64,000 nt of DNA from contig JAMPEJ010000005.1 in the NCBI GenBank assembly GCA_023665205.1, positions 89,273 to 153,272 of the forward strand, read 5' to 3'. This stretch comes from Corallococcus sp. Lineage in GTDB: Bacteria > Bacillota > Clostridia > Christensenellales > CAG-314. The notes under the pieces were generated by a model. The model saw nothing but the letters and a program-made list of their open reading frames with translations. It had not been told where the DNA came from and did no database searches. A program made the translations under genes and the position numbers. Below, piece after piece: positions 27,659 through 38,782 of this stretch (its first letter is position 1; each line of letters starts with the position of its first letter).

Positions 27659-28581
27659 TTCGTTTTGTAACTCCTGTTAAACGTAGGACGGGAAAAAACG
27701 TCGTAAACATCTTTGACAAAGGTAAAAGCGTGCGGATCCAATCGTTTAATAATCTGTTTTAAGTGTTGCATCTGTCTGTACTGCACCACGACTGCGATCA
27801 TCTTGCGTTTTTGTCCGTCAAAACTGTTTTCAACGTCCATCGTAGTGTAGCCGCGCTTGAATTTTTCCGTAAGTGCAAGGCCTATTTCCTCATACGCTGT
27901 AGTGACGATACAAAACTTTTGCGGATGGTTAAATCCTCTTTTGAACATTCCCATGACCGTTCCGCCGATAAGAATGTACATTATGGAATAAAGTATTATA
28001 TCCACGGTCACGTTATCTTTCACGATCATAACCACCACGCTGCCGACGATGGTGATGGAAAAGTTTGCTATCATTATCACTTTGGACAAGTCCACTTCCG
28101 GACGGTACTTTGCCACTATTCTTGCAATAACTTCGGTGCCTCCGTTGGAACCGTTGTGCATATTGGCGATATACATAGCCAAACCTATCATTACTCCGCC
28201 GAATATTACGGCAATAATGCGCGCTTTCGGAGCGTCGAATTTGAAGTTTTCCGGAATAAACGCCAGTACGACAATGCTGACCGCCGTTGCCCAAATGGTT
28301 TTGAAAGTAAAGTCGCCACGCAACATAACGAGAGAACAAATAAGCAACGGCAAGTTTATTGCGCCGTAGATAATATAGTATACACTGTTAAAATTGACGT
28401 TGGGCAAAACGCTTTCGATAATATACGAGAATACCGACGCCAAACCGGAAAAGCCTCCGGGAATAAGCGTTGACGGATTGACGAAAACGGCTAAAGAAAC
28501 TGCGTTCAAAATGCCTGCCACCGTCACCCATAAGTATTCCGCAAGTTTTGCAAGCGCCTGCTTGGAAGTGATTTTTTTCAC
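27655..28581 (-). CDS. YitT-family membrane protein (DUF2179 C-terminal domain)
   Basis: PGGFSGLASV, SNGGTEVIA and C-terminal MIAVVVQYRQM...HAFTFV. ATGA overlap with the next gene. Confidence 0.75.
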   Translation of the reverse strand: MKKITSKQALAKLAEYLWVTVAGILNAVSLAVFVNPSTLIPGGFSGLASVFSYIIESVLPNVNFNSVYYIIYGAINLPLLICSLVMLRGDFTFKTIWATAVSIVVLAFIPENFKFDAPKARIIAVIFGGVMIGLAMYIANMHNGSNGGTEVIARIVAKYRPEVDLSKVIMIANFSITIVGSVVVMIVKDNVTVDIILYSIMYILIGGTVMGMFKRGFNHPQKFCIVTTAYEEIGLALTEKFKRGYTTMDVENSFDGQKRKMIAVVVQYRQMQHLKQIIKRLDPHAFTFVKDVYDVFSRPTFNRSYKTK

Positions 28582-28614
28582 GATAAATCCTCGATAGTAA
28601 ACCTTTGAAATTTA

Positions 28615-30456
28615 TTATACTTTTTTTAACACGACAAATCCGTTACGTTGAAGTTTGCAAACGTTTTGGTATCTGCGACCGGTAAGCATATCCTCGTACG
28701 CGGCGTTCAGATCCAAGTCGTACTCGCTTCCGCCGCGGTTCGCCGCAACGACCACTTCGGTCTGAGAACTTTGGCAAACTCTTTCGAATGCATATACCCC
28801 GTGTTCCGCGACCAATTGCACGAAACTTCCTTCGGCAAAAACCGGATTTTTTCTAAGTTCTCCCAAACGGCGGTAAAAATCCAAAACCGTTTTATTTTCT
28901 CGCCCCCAAGGATAGCATGCACGACAAAACGGGTCTCTGTAGCCCTCCAAAGCGGCCTCGTCGCCGTAAAACACGCAAGGAAAGCCGAATACCGTGTATT
29001 GCAATACGGCCGCCATTTTAAGCAACTGAACGCCTCTTTCGTACTGTTCGTCCGTAAGCTTGGTTTTGGACAAAATTTCTTTGCTGCTGTTTTCCACGCG
29101 GTCTCCGGCAAGTGTCGTAAGTATGCGCGCCGTATCGTGCGTGCCCAAAATGTTCATCAGATTGTTCCGCACGTGCAAAGGATAATTGTTAAGAATATCG
29201 AAAACGACGTAGGAAAGCGAGGCTTCGTTTCCGTCTCGCACAAAATCGATAATGCCGTTCATAAGAGGATAGTTCATCACCGAATCCAACTGACTGCCGT
29301 CCAAATAATGCCGGCGAACGCCGTAGTCGGTTTTGTTTGAAGCATCCTCCCAGACTTCGCCTATTACGGCGCAATCCGGCTTTGCGCTTTTTGCCGATGA
29401 TACGATCTTGTCCAACATAGAGTCGGCAATTTCGTCTACAACGTCCAAACGCCATCCGTATGCTCCCGCTTTTAGCCAACGCGGAACCACTCCGTTTGTT
29501 TTGTCGCAAAAATACTTTTGCGCACTGCGGCTTTCGGCATTGATGCGCGGCAAAGTCTGAAAATTCCACCAACACTCGTAAGAGTTGTCGGGATAAAAAT
29601 TGAACCAACTTCTGTAAGGCGATTTTTCGTCGTTGTATGCGCCGCCCTCGCCGTATTTTTTGCCGCGGTTAAAATATTTGGACGAACTACCCGTATGATT
29701 GAATACACCGTCCAAAATAACGCTTATTCCGTACTCGCGCGCCTTTGCGCACAGATTTTCAAAGTCCTCGTCAGAACCGAACATAGGATCGATTTGTTCG
29801 TAATCTTCGGTATCGTACTTGTGATTGCTGTACGCCTTAAAAATAGGGTTAAGATACAGCGTAGTAACGTTAAGCGAAGCTAAGTACGGTAACTTTTCCG
29901 TAACGCCCGCAAGATTTCCACCGAAAAAGTCGCGGTTGCGCACTACGCCGTCCTCCTCACGGAAATAGGGCTGCTCGCCCCAAGGACGCAGGATTTTATC
30001 CTCAGTCACAACCGTATTACCGCTGTGATAAAATCTGTCTACCATTATCTGGTACATAACGCCCTTGTTTAGCCAAGACGGCGTTTTGTACTGCTTTTTG
30101 TAAACCGACAACTGATACGGTTGCACGTTGTCGAAAAACAACGCCGCCTGTTTGTTTGCGCTTATGCCGACAAACTTTTCGTACGGCACTCCTTCCATTT
30201 TGAAGTAGTACCAGTACAAACCCTTTTTCAGTTGCAAATCGGCAAGATAATTATCAAATTCGTCGCCGCCCTGTTCGCGGTACATAACGTACTCGTTATT
30301 GCTTGCTCCGTCGTCGGAATAAACTACAAGCGTAACACTGCTCGGGTTCATGCAGCGGTTTATTTGCAGACGGATACCGAAACGACAGTTCTCCGCCACT
30401 GCCCCGACGACACTTTTGTAAAAAACGTCGGTAGGGTCGTATTTTACGTATTGCAT
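28615..30456 (-). CDS. GH13 alpha-amylase-family glycosidase (neopullulanase/cyclomaltodextrinase-like)
   Basis: GH13 regions DGVFNH, GWRLDVVDE, IGEVWE, GTHDTAR. ATG 30456 (GGAGAA RBS) forms a TAATG overlap with the glgP stop. Confidence 0.85.
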   Translation of the reverse strand: MQYVKYDPTDVFYKSVVGAVAENCRFGIRLQINRCMNPSSVTLVVYSDDGASNNEYVMYREQGGDEFDNYLADLQLKKGLYWYYFKMEGVPYEKFVGISANKQAALFFDNVQPYQLSVYKKQYKTPSWLNKGVMYQIMVDRFYHSGNTVVTEDKILRPWGEQPYFREEDGVVRNRDFFGGNLAGVTEKLPYLASLNVTTLYLNPIFKAYSNHKYDTEDYEQIDPMFGSDEDFENLCAKAREYGISVILDGVFNHTGSSSKYFNRGKKYGEGGAYNDEKSPYRSWFNFYPDNSYECWWNFQTLPRINAESRSAQKYFCDKTNGVVPRWLKAGAYGWRLDVVDEIADSMLDKIVSSAKSAKPDCAVIGEVWEDASNKTDYGVRRHYLDGSQLDSVMNYPLMNGIIDFVRDGNEASLSYVVFDILNNYPLHVRNNLMNILGTHDTARILTTLAGDRVENSSKEILSKTKLTDEQYERGVQLLKMAAVLQYTVFGFPCVFYGDEAALEGYRDPFCRACYPWGRENKTVLDFYRRLGELRKNPVFAEGSFVQLVAEHGVYAFERVCQSSQTEVVVAANRGGSEYDLDLNAAYEDMLTGRRYQNVCKLQRNGFVVLKKV

Positions 30457-32891
30457 TACATTCTCCAAATTTTCTCGGCGTATTCCTTCACCGCGCGGTC
30501 TGCTGAAAATCTACCGGCTTCCGCTATATTTTTCAACGACATTTTGTTCCAAATGTCAACGTTTTGATAACATTTGTCCATACGCTCATGCGCGGATACG
30601 TAGTCGGCAAAATCGGCAAAACACATATACGGATCCGCCACGGAATTGGAACGCAAAAGATAATTGGAAATACTCTCGAACGTTTCGCCGGCATATCCGT
30701 TGTTAAGTTCTTCTATTATCACGCGCAGACGCGGCTGTTTGAAGTAGTAGTCGGTACTGTTGTAGCCCTTGCCCCACTCGTCGGCAACTTCGCTCGCGTT
30801 CATACCGAAAATAAATATATTGTCCAAACCGACCGCTTCGCTCATTTCTACGTTAGCGCCGTCCATCGTACCAAGCGTCAAAGCGCCGTTGATCATAAAC
30901 TTCATATTACCGGTGCCGCTTGCTTCCTTTCCGGCAAGGGAAATTTGCTCGGAAATCTCCGCAGCGGGAATAAGACTTTCCGCCATAGTTACGCAGTAAT
31001 TTTCCATAAATGCGACGTTCAATTTCTCGCGGATCTTCGGATGCTTTTCCAAGTCTTTTTGTATGCAGCAAATCAGTTTTATCACTTCTTTTGCCGCATA
31101 GTAACTCGGCGCGGCTTTTGCTCCGAAGATAAACGTTTGCGGAGTTACGTCCAAATCGGGATCATCCTTCAATTGTTTGTACAAATACACGATTTTAAGT
31201 ACGTTCAGAAGTTGACGTTTGTATTCGTGCAGACGTTTGACCTGTACGTCAAAACGGGTATTCGGATCCAACGCGACGTCCAATTTCTTTTTCGCTATAT
31301 CGGCAAAACGTTTTTTGTTTGCCAACTTGATTTCCGCCATTTTTTGATGCACGGTAGCGTCATCCAAGAAATTGTTAAGTTTAGTAAGTTCCGCGGCGTC
31401 GGAAACGAAACCGTCTCCTATAAGTTCCGTAATAAGAGAAGACAGTTGCGGATTTGCCTGACACAGCCATCTGCGGTGAGCGATGCCGTTGGTTACGTTG
31501 CCGAACTTTTCCGGTTCTATATCGCAAAATTCCTTAAAAAGCGATTTTTTAAGAATATCGCTGTGCAAAGCGGAAACGCCGTTGACGTAGTGGCTACCGA
31601 CGATAGAAAGGTTTGCCATACGCACCTGTCCGTAGGCAATAACGGCAAGGTTGCTGACCTTGTTGAAGTCGCCGCACTTATTATAAAAGCGTTTGCATGC
31701 GCGCTCGTTGATTTCCACTACGATCTGATAAATGCGCGGCAACAGTTTTTGGAAAATGTATTCCGGCCAGCATTCCAGCGCCTCTGCAAGAACCGTATGA
31801 TTGGTATACGCGCATACGTTTTTGACAATCGACCAAGCGTAATCCCAATCAAAGCGGTATTCGTCTACAAATATACGCATAAGTTCCGGAACGCAAAGCG
31901 CAGGGTGCGTATCGTTGATGTGCACCGCCACCATCTCGGCGAATTTATCGAAATTGCCGTAACGTTTGTAGTGATCCGCAGTAATATTTTGCATCGCTGC
32001 GGAAACCAAAAAGTATTCCTGCTTCAAACGCAAAATTTTGCCTTCTTCGTGGTTGTCGCTGGGGTACAAAACTTTGGTTATCATTTCGGCTTCCGATTGC
32101 TCGGCCAGCGCGCGCATATATTCGCCCTGACCGAACGCGTGGAAGTCGAACGGTTTGCTGTTACGCGCCGACCACAAACGCAATACGCCAACTGCGTTTG
32201 CGTGGTAGCCCTCCACTACCATATCGTAAGGGAACGCTTCCACTTCCTGACAATCAACTTGTTGGTAGACAGGTCCCTTGTCCGTCCAGATTTCTTTTAC
32301 AGCGCCGCCGAAACGCACCGTCTGTACTTTGTCGGGACGTTCTTTTAACCACACTTCGCCGCCCGGCAACCAGTTGTCCGGCAATTCAGTCTGCCAACCG
32401 TCCACTATTTTTTGCTGAAAAAAACCGTACTCAAAGCGTAGCGAATGCCCCATTACAGGATAATTTTCCTTAGCAAGACAATCCAAATAGCATGCCGCAA
32501 GCCTGCCCAATCCGCCGTTGCCAAGACCTGCGTCCGGCTCGCAATCGTACAGTTCGTCGATATCCACTTTGTAATATTTTTTTAGAGTCTCGGCAAACAA
32601 AGCGTCTAACTCCATGTTAAACAGATTGTTTTTAAGACTTCTGCCCATCAAAAATTCCATGGACAGATAATGAATGCGTTTGCGCAAACGCGCCTTGTGC
32701 TGTTTGTTGAAAGCGGAACGTTTTTCAAGCAGCAAATCTCTTACGACTCCCGCAACGCAGCGGTACATTTGCTTGTTTGTAAGTTCGCTTGCGGCAACGC
32801 CGTACGCTTTGTTCGCCGCGCTTTCGATAAGTTCCTTTATTCTGGTTTTACTGAGATTGTAAGGATTAGTCGTCGTTGTATTTGCAGACAT
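30456..32891 (-). CDS. glgP: Glycogen/maltodextrin phosphorylase (GT35)
   Basis: PLP-site motif EASGTGNMKFMINGA. 811 aa. Confidence 0.95.
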   Translation of the reverse strand: MSANTTTTNPYNLSKTRIKELIESAANKAYGVAASELTNKQMYRCVAGVVRDLLLEKRSAFNKQHKARLRKRIHYLSMEFLMGRSLKNNLFNMELDALFAETLKKYYKVDIDELYDCEPDAGLGNGGLGRLAACYLDCLAKENYPVMGHSLRFEYGFFQQKIVDGWQTELPDNWLPGGEVWLKERPDKVQTVRFGGAVKEIWTDKGPVYQQVDCQEVEAFPYDMVVEGYHANAVGVLRLWSARNSKPFDFHAFGQGEYMRALAEQSEAEMITKVLYPSDNHEEGKILRLKQEYFLVSAAMQNITADHYKRYGNFDKFAEMVAVHINDTHPALCVPELMRIFVDEYRFDWDYAWSIVKNVCAYTNHTVLAEALECWPEYIFQKLLPRIYQIVVEINERACKRFYNKCGDFNKVSNLAVIAYGQVRMANLSIVGSHYVNGVSALHSDILKKSLFKEFCDIEPEKFGNVTNGIAHRRWLCQANPQLSSLITELIGDGFVSDAAELTKLNNFLDDATVHQKMAEIKLANKKRFADIAKKKLDVALDPNTRFDVQVKRLHEYKRQLLNVLKIVYLYKQLKDDPDLDVTPQTFIFGAKAAPSYYAAKEVIKLICCIQKDLEKHPKIREKLNVAFMENYCVTMAESLIPAAEISEQISLAGKEASGTGNMKFMINGALTLGTMDGANVEMSEAVGLDNIFIFGMNASEVADEWGKGYNSTDYYFKQPRLRVIIEELNNGYAGETFESISNYLLRSNSVADPYMCFADFADYVSAHERMDKCYQNVDIWNKMSLKNIAEAGRFSADRAVKEYAEKIWRM

Positions 32892-32910
32892 AGTATTCTC
32901 CGTAGGTCGT

Positions 32911-34758
32911 TTATTTTTTTGCGGGTTTATAGTAGTAGGTCACGCTTGAAGCCGGTATCGTCAATTCCGCGTATCCCTCCGCATCGGTTTGAAACGCGTC
33001 GGCAACCTGCACTCCGCGTCCGCCGAAATCCGGCTCGTCGCTGTTTAGTATAAGTTTGTATTCGCCCGCGTCCATATAAAAACCGTATTTATAGTAGTCG
33101 TACAGGCTGAAATTGATCACGACAAGCACTTCGTTGCCTTTCCTGTCCAACCGCGAAAACGCCAACACGCTGTTTTTTGCATCGTCGGCAAGCAACCATT
33201 TGAAACCTTCCCAAGAGGTATCGTTTTGATACAACGGTTTGTATTTTTTGTAGGTTTTATTCAAAGTTTGCACAAACTTTCGGTGAGAATCGTGTTTCGG
33301 ATAGGTCAACAAAGACCAGTCCAATTCGCGGCTTTCGCTCCACTCGTTCCACTGGGCAAGTTCCACGCCCATAAAGTTGAGTTTTTTGCCCGGGTGCGCA
33401 TACTGATACCCGAGCAATGCTTTCAGCTGCGCAAACTTCGTATCGTATTCGCCGAACATTTTGCCTATCAAACTGCCTTTCAAGTGAACGACTTCGTCGT
33501 GAGAAAGAGGCAAAATGTAGTTTTCGCTATATGCGTAACACATAGAAAACGTCAATTGATTGTGATGTTCGCTTCTCCACAACGTGTCGGTTTTCATGTA
33601 AGAGAGCACGTCGTTCATCCAGCCCATGTTCCACTTGTAATTGAAACCCAAACCGCCCGTATACGTCGGGTGCGTAACCTTTGGGAAAGCCGTCGATTCC
33701 TCCGCCACAAACAGTGCGTAAGGACAAGTTTCAAACACCTTACAGGAAAGTTTTTTCAAAAAATCGATGGCTTCCAGATTCTCCTTGCCGCCCCACTTGT
33801 TCGGACGCCATTGCCCGTCTTTTCGGTCGTAATCCAAGTACAACATACTGGCGACCGCGTCTACGCGCAAACCGTCAAAGTGAAATTCTCTAAGCCAATA
33901 CAGCGCGTTGCTTACCAAAAAACTTTGCACTTCAAAGCGGGAGTAATCAAATATACGCGTACCCCAACTTTTGTGTTCCTTTTTGAATTCGTCGGCGGAT
34001 TCGTAACAGCACGTACCGTCAAATTCCATAAGTCCTTGCGCGTCTTTGCAAAAGTGCGCAGGCACCCAGTCCAAGATTACGCCTATGCCCGCTTTGTGGA
34101 AAGCGTTGACGAGATAACGCAAATCGTCCGGCGTGCCGTAGCGGCTTGTAGGAGCGTAAAAGCCCGTGACCTGATATCCCCAGCTGCCGTCAAACGGATG
34201 CTCGGACAAAGGCATGAATTCCACGTGCGTGTAGCCCATTTTTTTTACGTAAGGCACCAGATACTTTGCAAGATCGCGGTAACTGTAAAGTCTGCCGTCG
34301 TAGTGTCTGCGCCAAGAACCTGCGTGTACTTCGTAAATATTTACAGGTCCCTTGTAGACGTCTTTTTTAGTTTGTTTTTTTACCCAATCTTCGTCCGTCC
34401 ACAGAAAATCCTCCGACGGATCGAAAATGCGACTTGCGGTTTTGGGACGGATTTCCGCATAGCGGGCGTACGGATCGGCCTTATACAAAACCGCTCCGGA
34501 TTGCGTGGTTACGGCATATTTGTAGCAATCGCCGTCGCGTGCATCCAATGTGATTTGCCAAATTCCGTCGATAAGCTGCATTTTGTCGTGGTTCACAAGC
34601 CAATTGTTAAAATCGCCGACAATGCTTACAGCCTTTGCGTTGGGCGCCCACACTGCAAAACTGTACCTGCCGTCGCCGACCCTGTGACAACCCAACAAGT
34701 CGTATGCGCGTGTTTCCGTGCCGTTGTAAAAATTCAAAAATCTGTTTGCCGTTTCCAT
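32911..34758 (-). CDS. glgB: 1,4-alpha-glucan branching enzyme
   Basis: GH13_9 architecture. DWVPAHF, GLRVDAV, AEESTA and the N-terminal CBM48 region. Confidence 0.95.
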   Translation of the reverse strand: METANRFLNFYNGTETRAYDLLGCHRVGDGRYSFAVWAPNAKAVSIVGDFNNWLVNHDKMQLIDGIWQITLDARDGDCYKYAVTTQSGAVLYKADPYARYAEIRPKTASRIFDPSEDFLWTDEDWVKKQTKKDVYKGPVNIYEVHAGSWRRHYDGRLYSYRDLAKYLVPYVKKMGYTHVEFMPLSEHPFDGSWGYQVTGFYAPTSRYGTPDDLRYLVNAFHKAGIGVILDWVPAHFCKDAQGLMEFDGTCCYESADEFKKEHKSWGTRIFDYSRFEVQSFLVSNALYWLREFHFDGLRVDAVASMLYLDYDRKDGQWRPNKWGGKENLEAIDFLKKLSCKVFETCPYALFVAEESTAFPKVTHPTYTGGLGFNYKWNMGWMNDVLSYMKTDTLWRSEHHNQLTFSMCYAYSENYILPLSHDEVVHLKGSLIGKMFGEYDTKFAQLKALLGYQYAHPGKKLNFMGVELAQWNEWSESRELDWSLLTYPKHDSHRKFVQTLNKTYKKYKPLYQNDTSWEGFKWLLADDAKNSVLAFSRLDRKGNEVLVVINFSLYDYYKYGFYMDAGEYKLILNSDEPDFGGRGVQVADAFQTDAEGYAELTIPASSVTYYYKPAKK

Positions 34759-34839
34759 TTATTCCTCCGTTTCGGTTGGGCAAGTACGTAAAAATATCGC
34801 TGTTTTTGCAGCAAATATAAATTAACGTAATTAACGGGT

Positions 34840-36306
34840 TTAACTTCTGCCCGTCCTCTCAGTCAAGTCGGCAAGCCAATTTGCCGTAGCGGAAGAAAAG
34901 TCCCCTTTGTCCGCCATATATTTCCAACAGCCCAAAGTACCCGGCGTATTCATTCGGCTTTCCGTACCTGCGCAAACTAAGTCCTGCATGGAATACACAG
35001 TAAGTTCCGCGCGGCTTTCCGCCAAAATTTCCACCAAACGCAAAGAAATATCCATGCCGTCAGGAAGATTTGTCATACGCAGTACGGTATCGCGCTGCCA
35101 AGGTTGCAGACTGTCCCACCAACCTTGCGTAGTATCATTGTCGTGAGTACCCAGATACGCCACGCAATGCTCGTTGAAATTCTGCGGTAAAAACGCATTG
35201 TGCGGATTGCCGTCAAAGGCAAATTGCACCACCTTCATTCCTGCAAGACCGCACTTGTCGCGCAGTTGCAAAACGCTGTGCGGAATATCTCCCAAATCCT
35301 CGGCAATTATTGTAAAATCAGGAAAGGTCGTTTGCAAATGATGCAAAAAGTCGTAGCCGACGCCCTTTCTCCAATGGCCGTTGCGCGCAGTGGCTTCGCC
35401 GTAACGTATGGCGTAGTAACTGTCAAACGCGCGAAAATGATCTATACGCAACACGTCGAACAAACGACTGCACTGTTCTACGCGTTTCGTCCACCAATTG
35501 TACTTTTCCTTTTTCATGGCGTCCCAATTGTAAAGAGGATTGCCCCACAACTGACCGTCGGCGGAAAAATAGTCCGGCGGAACTCCCGCGACCCAACTGG
35601 GACGGCGGTCGTTTGTCAGTTCGAACAATTCCGGATGCGCCCAAATGTCGGCGGAATCGTACGCTACGTAAATCGGGATGTCGCCGATAAGCCGTATTCC
35701 GTTATCACTCAATTTTTGACGGAACTTTTGCCACTGCTCAAAAAAGACGTACTGACAAAATATCACGAAATCGATTTCGTCGGAAAGTTCGTCCGCATAC
35801 TTAGAAAGCGCCGAACTTTTGCGCATACGCGCGTTTTCGTCTTCCCATTCCAACCAAGATTTGCCGCCGAAATGCTTTTTAAGCGCGCAAAACAGCGCGT
35901 AGTCGTCCAGCCAAAACTTGTTGTCGTCGCAAAAGTCCATATATTCGCGAGTCGGGTCGCGTTTTATAAAATTGGCGTATGCTTCGCGCAGGATAACTTC
36001 CTTGTTGTCAATTGCGTAACCATAGTCGTTGCCGCGAGCGTTGCGGCAAGCGTTTAGTGTTTCCTCACAGACAAGCCCGTCGGCACACAAAGCGTCGTTG
36101 TCTATAAGCAAAGTATTGCCTGCAAACGCCGAAGGCGACGCATAGGGAGAATTTACAAAATCCGTAGGCGTAACGGGCAAAATTTGCCAATAACGTTGTT
36201 TGGCTTTTTTCAAAAACTTGATAAACTTGTCCGCTTCCGCCAAAGTGCCCGCCCCGTAGTTGTTAGGAAGCGAAGTTATATGCAACAAAATACCGCTCGA
36301 TCTCAT
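34840..36306 (-). CDS. malQ: 4-alpha-glucanotransferase (amylomaltase, GH77)
   Basis: N-terminal SGILLHITSLP, plus RIDHFRAF and GTHDNDT motifs. Confidence 0.95.
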   Translation of the reverse strand: MRSSGILLHITSLPNNYGAGTLAEADKFIKFLKKAKQRYWQILPVTPTDFVNSPYASPSAFAGNTLLIDNDALCADGLVCEETLNACRNARGNDYGYAIDNKEVILREAYANFIKRDPTREYMDFCDDNKFWLDDYALFCALKKHFGGKSWLEWEDENARMRKSSALSKYADELSDEIDFVIFCQYVFFEQWQKFRQKLSDNGIRLIGDIPIYVAYDSADIWAHPELFELTNDRRPSWVAGVPPDYFSADGQLWGNPLYNWDAMKKEKYNWWTKRVEQCSRLFDVLRIDHFRAFDSYYAIRYGEATARNGHWRKGVGYDFLHHLQTTFPDFTIIAEDLGDIPHSVLQLRDKCGLAGMKVVQFAFDGNPHNAFLPQNFNEHCVAYLGTHDNDTTQGWWDSLQPWQRDTVLRMTNLPDGMDISLRLVEILAESRAELTVYSMQDLVCAGTESRMNTPGTLGCWKYMADKGDFSSATANWLADLTERTGRS

Positions 36307-36636
36307 ACGAAAAACCCTCGCAGTCGTTTTTGGCTAGGGCGTGCGCCACTGTAGCCATACGTTGTTATTTTATCATTTAACTTTACTAAAAGCAAATTAT
36401 TTAACAATGTTTGTCCAAAACAATTTTGTACGAATAGCAATATGCTTCCGACAAATTTGGAGTATTGTCAATATACAATTTTGACAACGCAATACTCACG
36501 GCATTTTTTCACGCTATTGTTTTGCCGCAAGCCTGCTAAACACAAAAAAAAACGCGCACGCACAAGAGAATTTTCCCTTGCGCATTGCGCGCAAATTTTA
36601 ACTTATATCAGACGTGCTTGCATTGTCATCGACTGC

Positions 36637-37371
36637 TTACTTGACATTTAGCAATCTTGCGCCGGCTGTTTCGTCCACGATAAGCGTGCACTCCGGATGG
36701 CGCTGCAACACGCTTGCGGGGCAGTTTTCTTTTATCTCGCCGTACACCATTTGATATACCGCGTCCGCCTTGTTTGCTCCGTTTGCCAAGACTAAGATTT
36801 TTTTGGAATTCATTATTTCCGCAATGCCCATAGTTATTGCGCGCGTAGGTACGCAGGAAGGATGCGGAAAAAAGCGCGCGTTGTCGCGTATAGTGCTTTG
36901 TGAAAGATCCACAACGTGGGTGGTACTTTCAAACGAGGTATTAGGCTCGTTAAATCCGATGTGTCCGTTGCTACCCAAACCCAAAATTTGCAGATCCTGT
37001 CTGTATTCGCCCAGCAAATCGTGATAGCGTGCGCATTCTTTGTCCAGATCCTTGGCAAGTCCGTTGGGCAAATTGGTGTTGCGTTCGGGAATATCCGTTC
37101 TGTCAAAAAAGTTTTCGTGCATAAAATGCACGTAACTTTGTTCGTCGCGTTTGCCTAGACCTACGTATTCGTCCAAGTTTACCGTAGTTACGTTGCGGAA
37201 AGACAATTTTCCCGTTTTGCACATTTCTACAAGCAGTTTGTAGGTGCCTACGGGCGTAGAACCGGTTGCAAGTCCCAATACCGGTTTTTCCGTGCCGGTC
37301 ACTACTTCCGCGACGGCTTGCGCAGCCAGTCTGCTCATATCGTAGTAATCCTTGACTACCAAAATTTTCAT
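36637..37371 (-). CDS. nagB: Glucosamine-6-phosphate deaminase
   Basis: Canonical NagB: GLATGSTP, NLDEY, GLGSNGHIGFNEP. Confidence 0.95.
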   Translation of the reverse strand: MKILVVKDYYDMSRLAAQAVAEVVTGTEKPVLGLATGSTPVGTYKLLVEMCKTGKLSFRNVTTVNLDEYVGLGKRDEQSYVHFMHENFFDRTDIPERNTNLPNGLAKDLDKECARYHDLLGEYRQDLQILGLGSNGHIGFNEPNTSFESTTHVVDLSQSTIRDNARFFPHPSCVPTRAITMGIAEIMNSKKILVLANGANKADAVYQMVYGEIKENCPASVLQRHPECTLIVDETAGARLLNVK

Positions 37372-37537
37372 AATAGACCTCCAAAAGTTTTTACTTTCCC
37401 TTTTTTCGGGGTGCGGCAGACGCCGCCTTTATCTTACGCAAGATTGTTGCGTATGATCGGTTTTTAACCGCCGAGCGTAACCTTCCGCGCCGGCTCACTC
37501 AATATAGTACAAACGACTACGGAAGGATATTCGGGTT

Positions 37538-38578
37538 TTATTGGTTTTTGCCGAAATTACTTATATTATAGCACACAGCGGAAAAAATGTATTGCGTTTT
37601 TGAATAAAATTTTTGTCCCGCGTGAAGCACAGGACTTTTCCACTTAGGCACGTTTACCGCATTGGGGAAAAACTGCGTTTCCAAACAAAACCCGCCGTGT
37701 TTGTAGTACTGGTGTTTGCCGCGCTCGTTCAAAAAATTGCCGGTATACAACTGCACTCCCGGCATATCGGTGTAACAGTCCATTACAATACCGGTTTTTT
37801 GTGAAAAAGCTGTGGCAAAGTGCGTAGCGTCCAAGCAAAAATTGTGGTCGTAACCGCCGGCAAGCGACAATTGTTCGTCAGAGGAAAATATATCTCTTCC
37901 GATAGATTTCGGCGAAGAAAAATCAAACGGCGTTCCGCTGACAAACCGTTCCTCGCCCGTGGGAACAAAATCTACGCCCATAGGCAAAAATTTTGCGGCG
38001 TTAAGTTGCAATACGTTGCCAAGCGCGCTGCCGCTCCCTTCGCCGTCCAAATTGAAATAAGCATGGTTTGTAGGATTAAATACGGTATCCGCGTCGCTCT
38101 CGGCAAAATACTCTATTGTAAGTGCAGACCCTTTTACAGTGTACTTGACGGTAAAAGTAAGTTTACCGGGGTAATTTTCCTCGCCGTCGGGACTTACCGC
38201 ACTGAAATATAAACTGTCACCTTCCGTTCGCGCGGCAAAAATTTTGCGGTTGAATCCAAACTTTCCTCCGTGCAAATGCGTGCGCCCGTCGGCGTTTTTT
38301 GCCAAAAGGTACGTTTTGCCGTCAAGAGTAAATTTCCCCTCTGCAATGCGGTTGGCGCACCTGCCTACCACGCTGCCCATATACGAAGGCGTTTCGGCAA
38401 TTTCCCGCGCAGTATTTTTTGCAAGCAAAACGTCTACTAAAACGCCGCTTTTATCCGGAACTTTAAGCGTCACAAGCGTTGCGCCCACAGTGACCGCCTC
38501 AACGGAAATTTTGTCCGTCAAAGTATATTTATAGACAGGCCGTCCGTCCAACGTATCGAATAAAGTTTCCGTTATCAT
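37538..38578 (-). CDS. galM: Aldose 1-epimerase (galactose mutarotase)
   Basis: RCANRI, LHGG, NHAYFNL and the C-terminal GFCLETQ motif. Confidence 0.9.
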   Translation of the reverse strand: MITETLFDTLDGRPVYKYTLTDKISVEAVTVGATLVTLKVPDKSGVLVDVLLAKNTAREIAETPSYMGSVVGRCANRIAEGKFTLDGKTYLLAKNADGRTHLHGGKFGFNRKIFAARTEGDSLYFSAVSPDGEENYPGKLTFTVKYTVKGSALTIEYFAESDADTVFNPTNHAYFNLDGEGSGSALGNVLQLNAAKFLPMGVDFVPTGEERFVSGTPFDFSSPKSIGRDIFSSDEQLSLAGGYDHNFCLDATHFATAFSQKTGIVMDCYTDMPGVQLYTGNFLNERGKHQYYKHGGFCLETQFFPNAVNVPKWKSPVLHAGQKFYSKTQYIFSAVCYNISNFGKNQ

Positions 38579-38782
38579 AACGTAGAAATTGTATCACAAT
38601 TACGCCGTGCAGTCAATACACGAAAACAGGGCAACCGCAATCGGCCGCCCTGTCGTTAAAATATTTTCCGTCCGTTTGCACGACAACCGCAGTTGACGCG
38701 ACGCATTATATCTATCTACTTCTGCAAAACAACTGCCACCGCAGAACGGGGAGGGGCTTGCTGCAAATAAATAAGTATTTCG

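Noticed and set aside
28615-36306. The glycogen/maltodextrin block (malQ-glgB-glgP-GH13) as something unusual because glgA/glgC/glgD are missing.
   Set aside because: The biosynthetic genes may simply lie outside the window. The order and tight spacing (TAATG overlap between glgP and the GH13 gene) are ordinary operon features.
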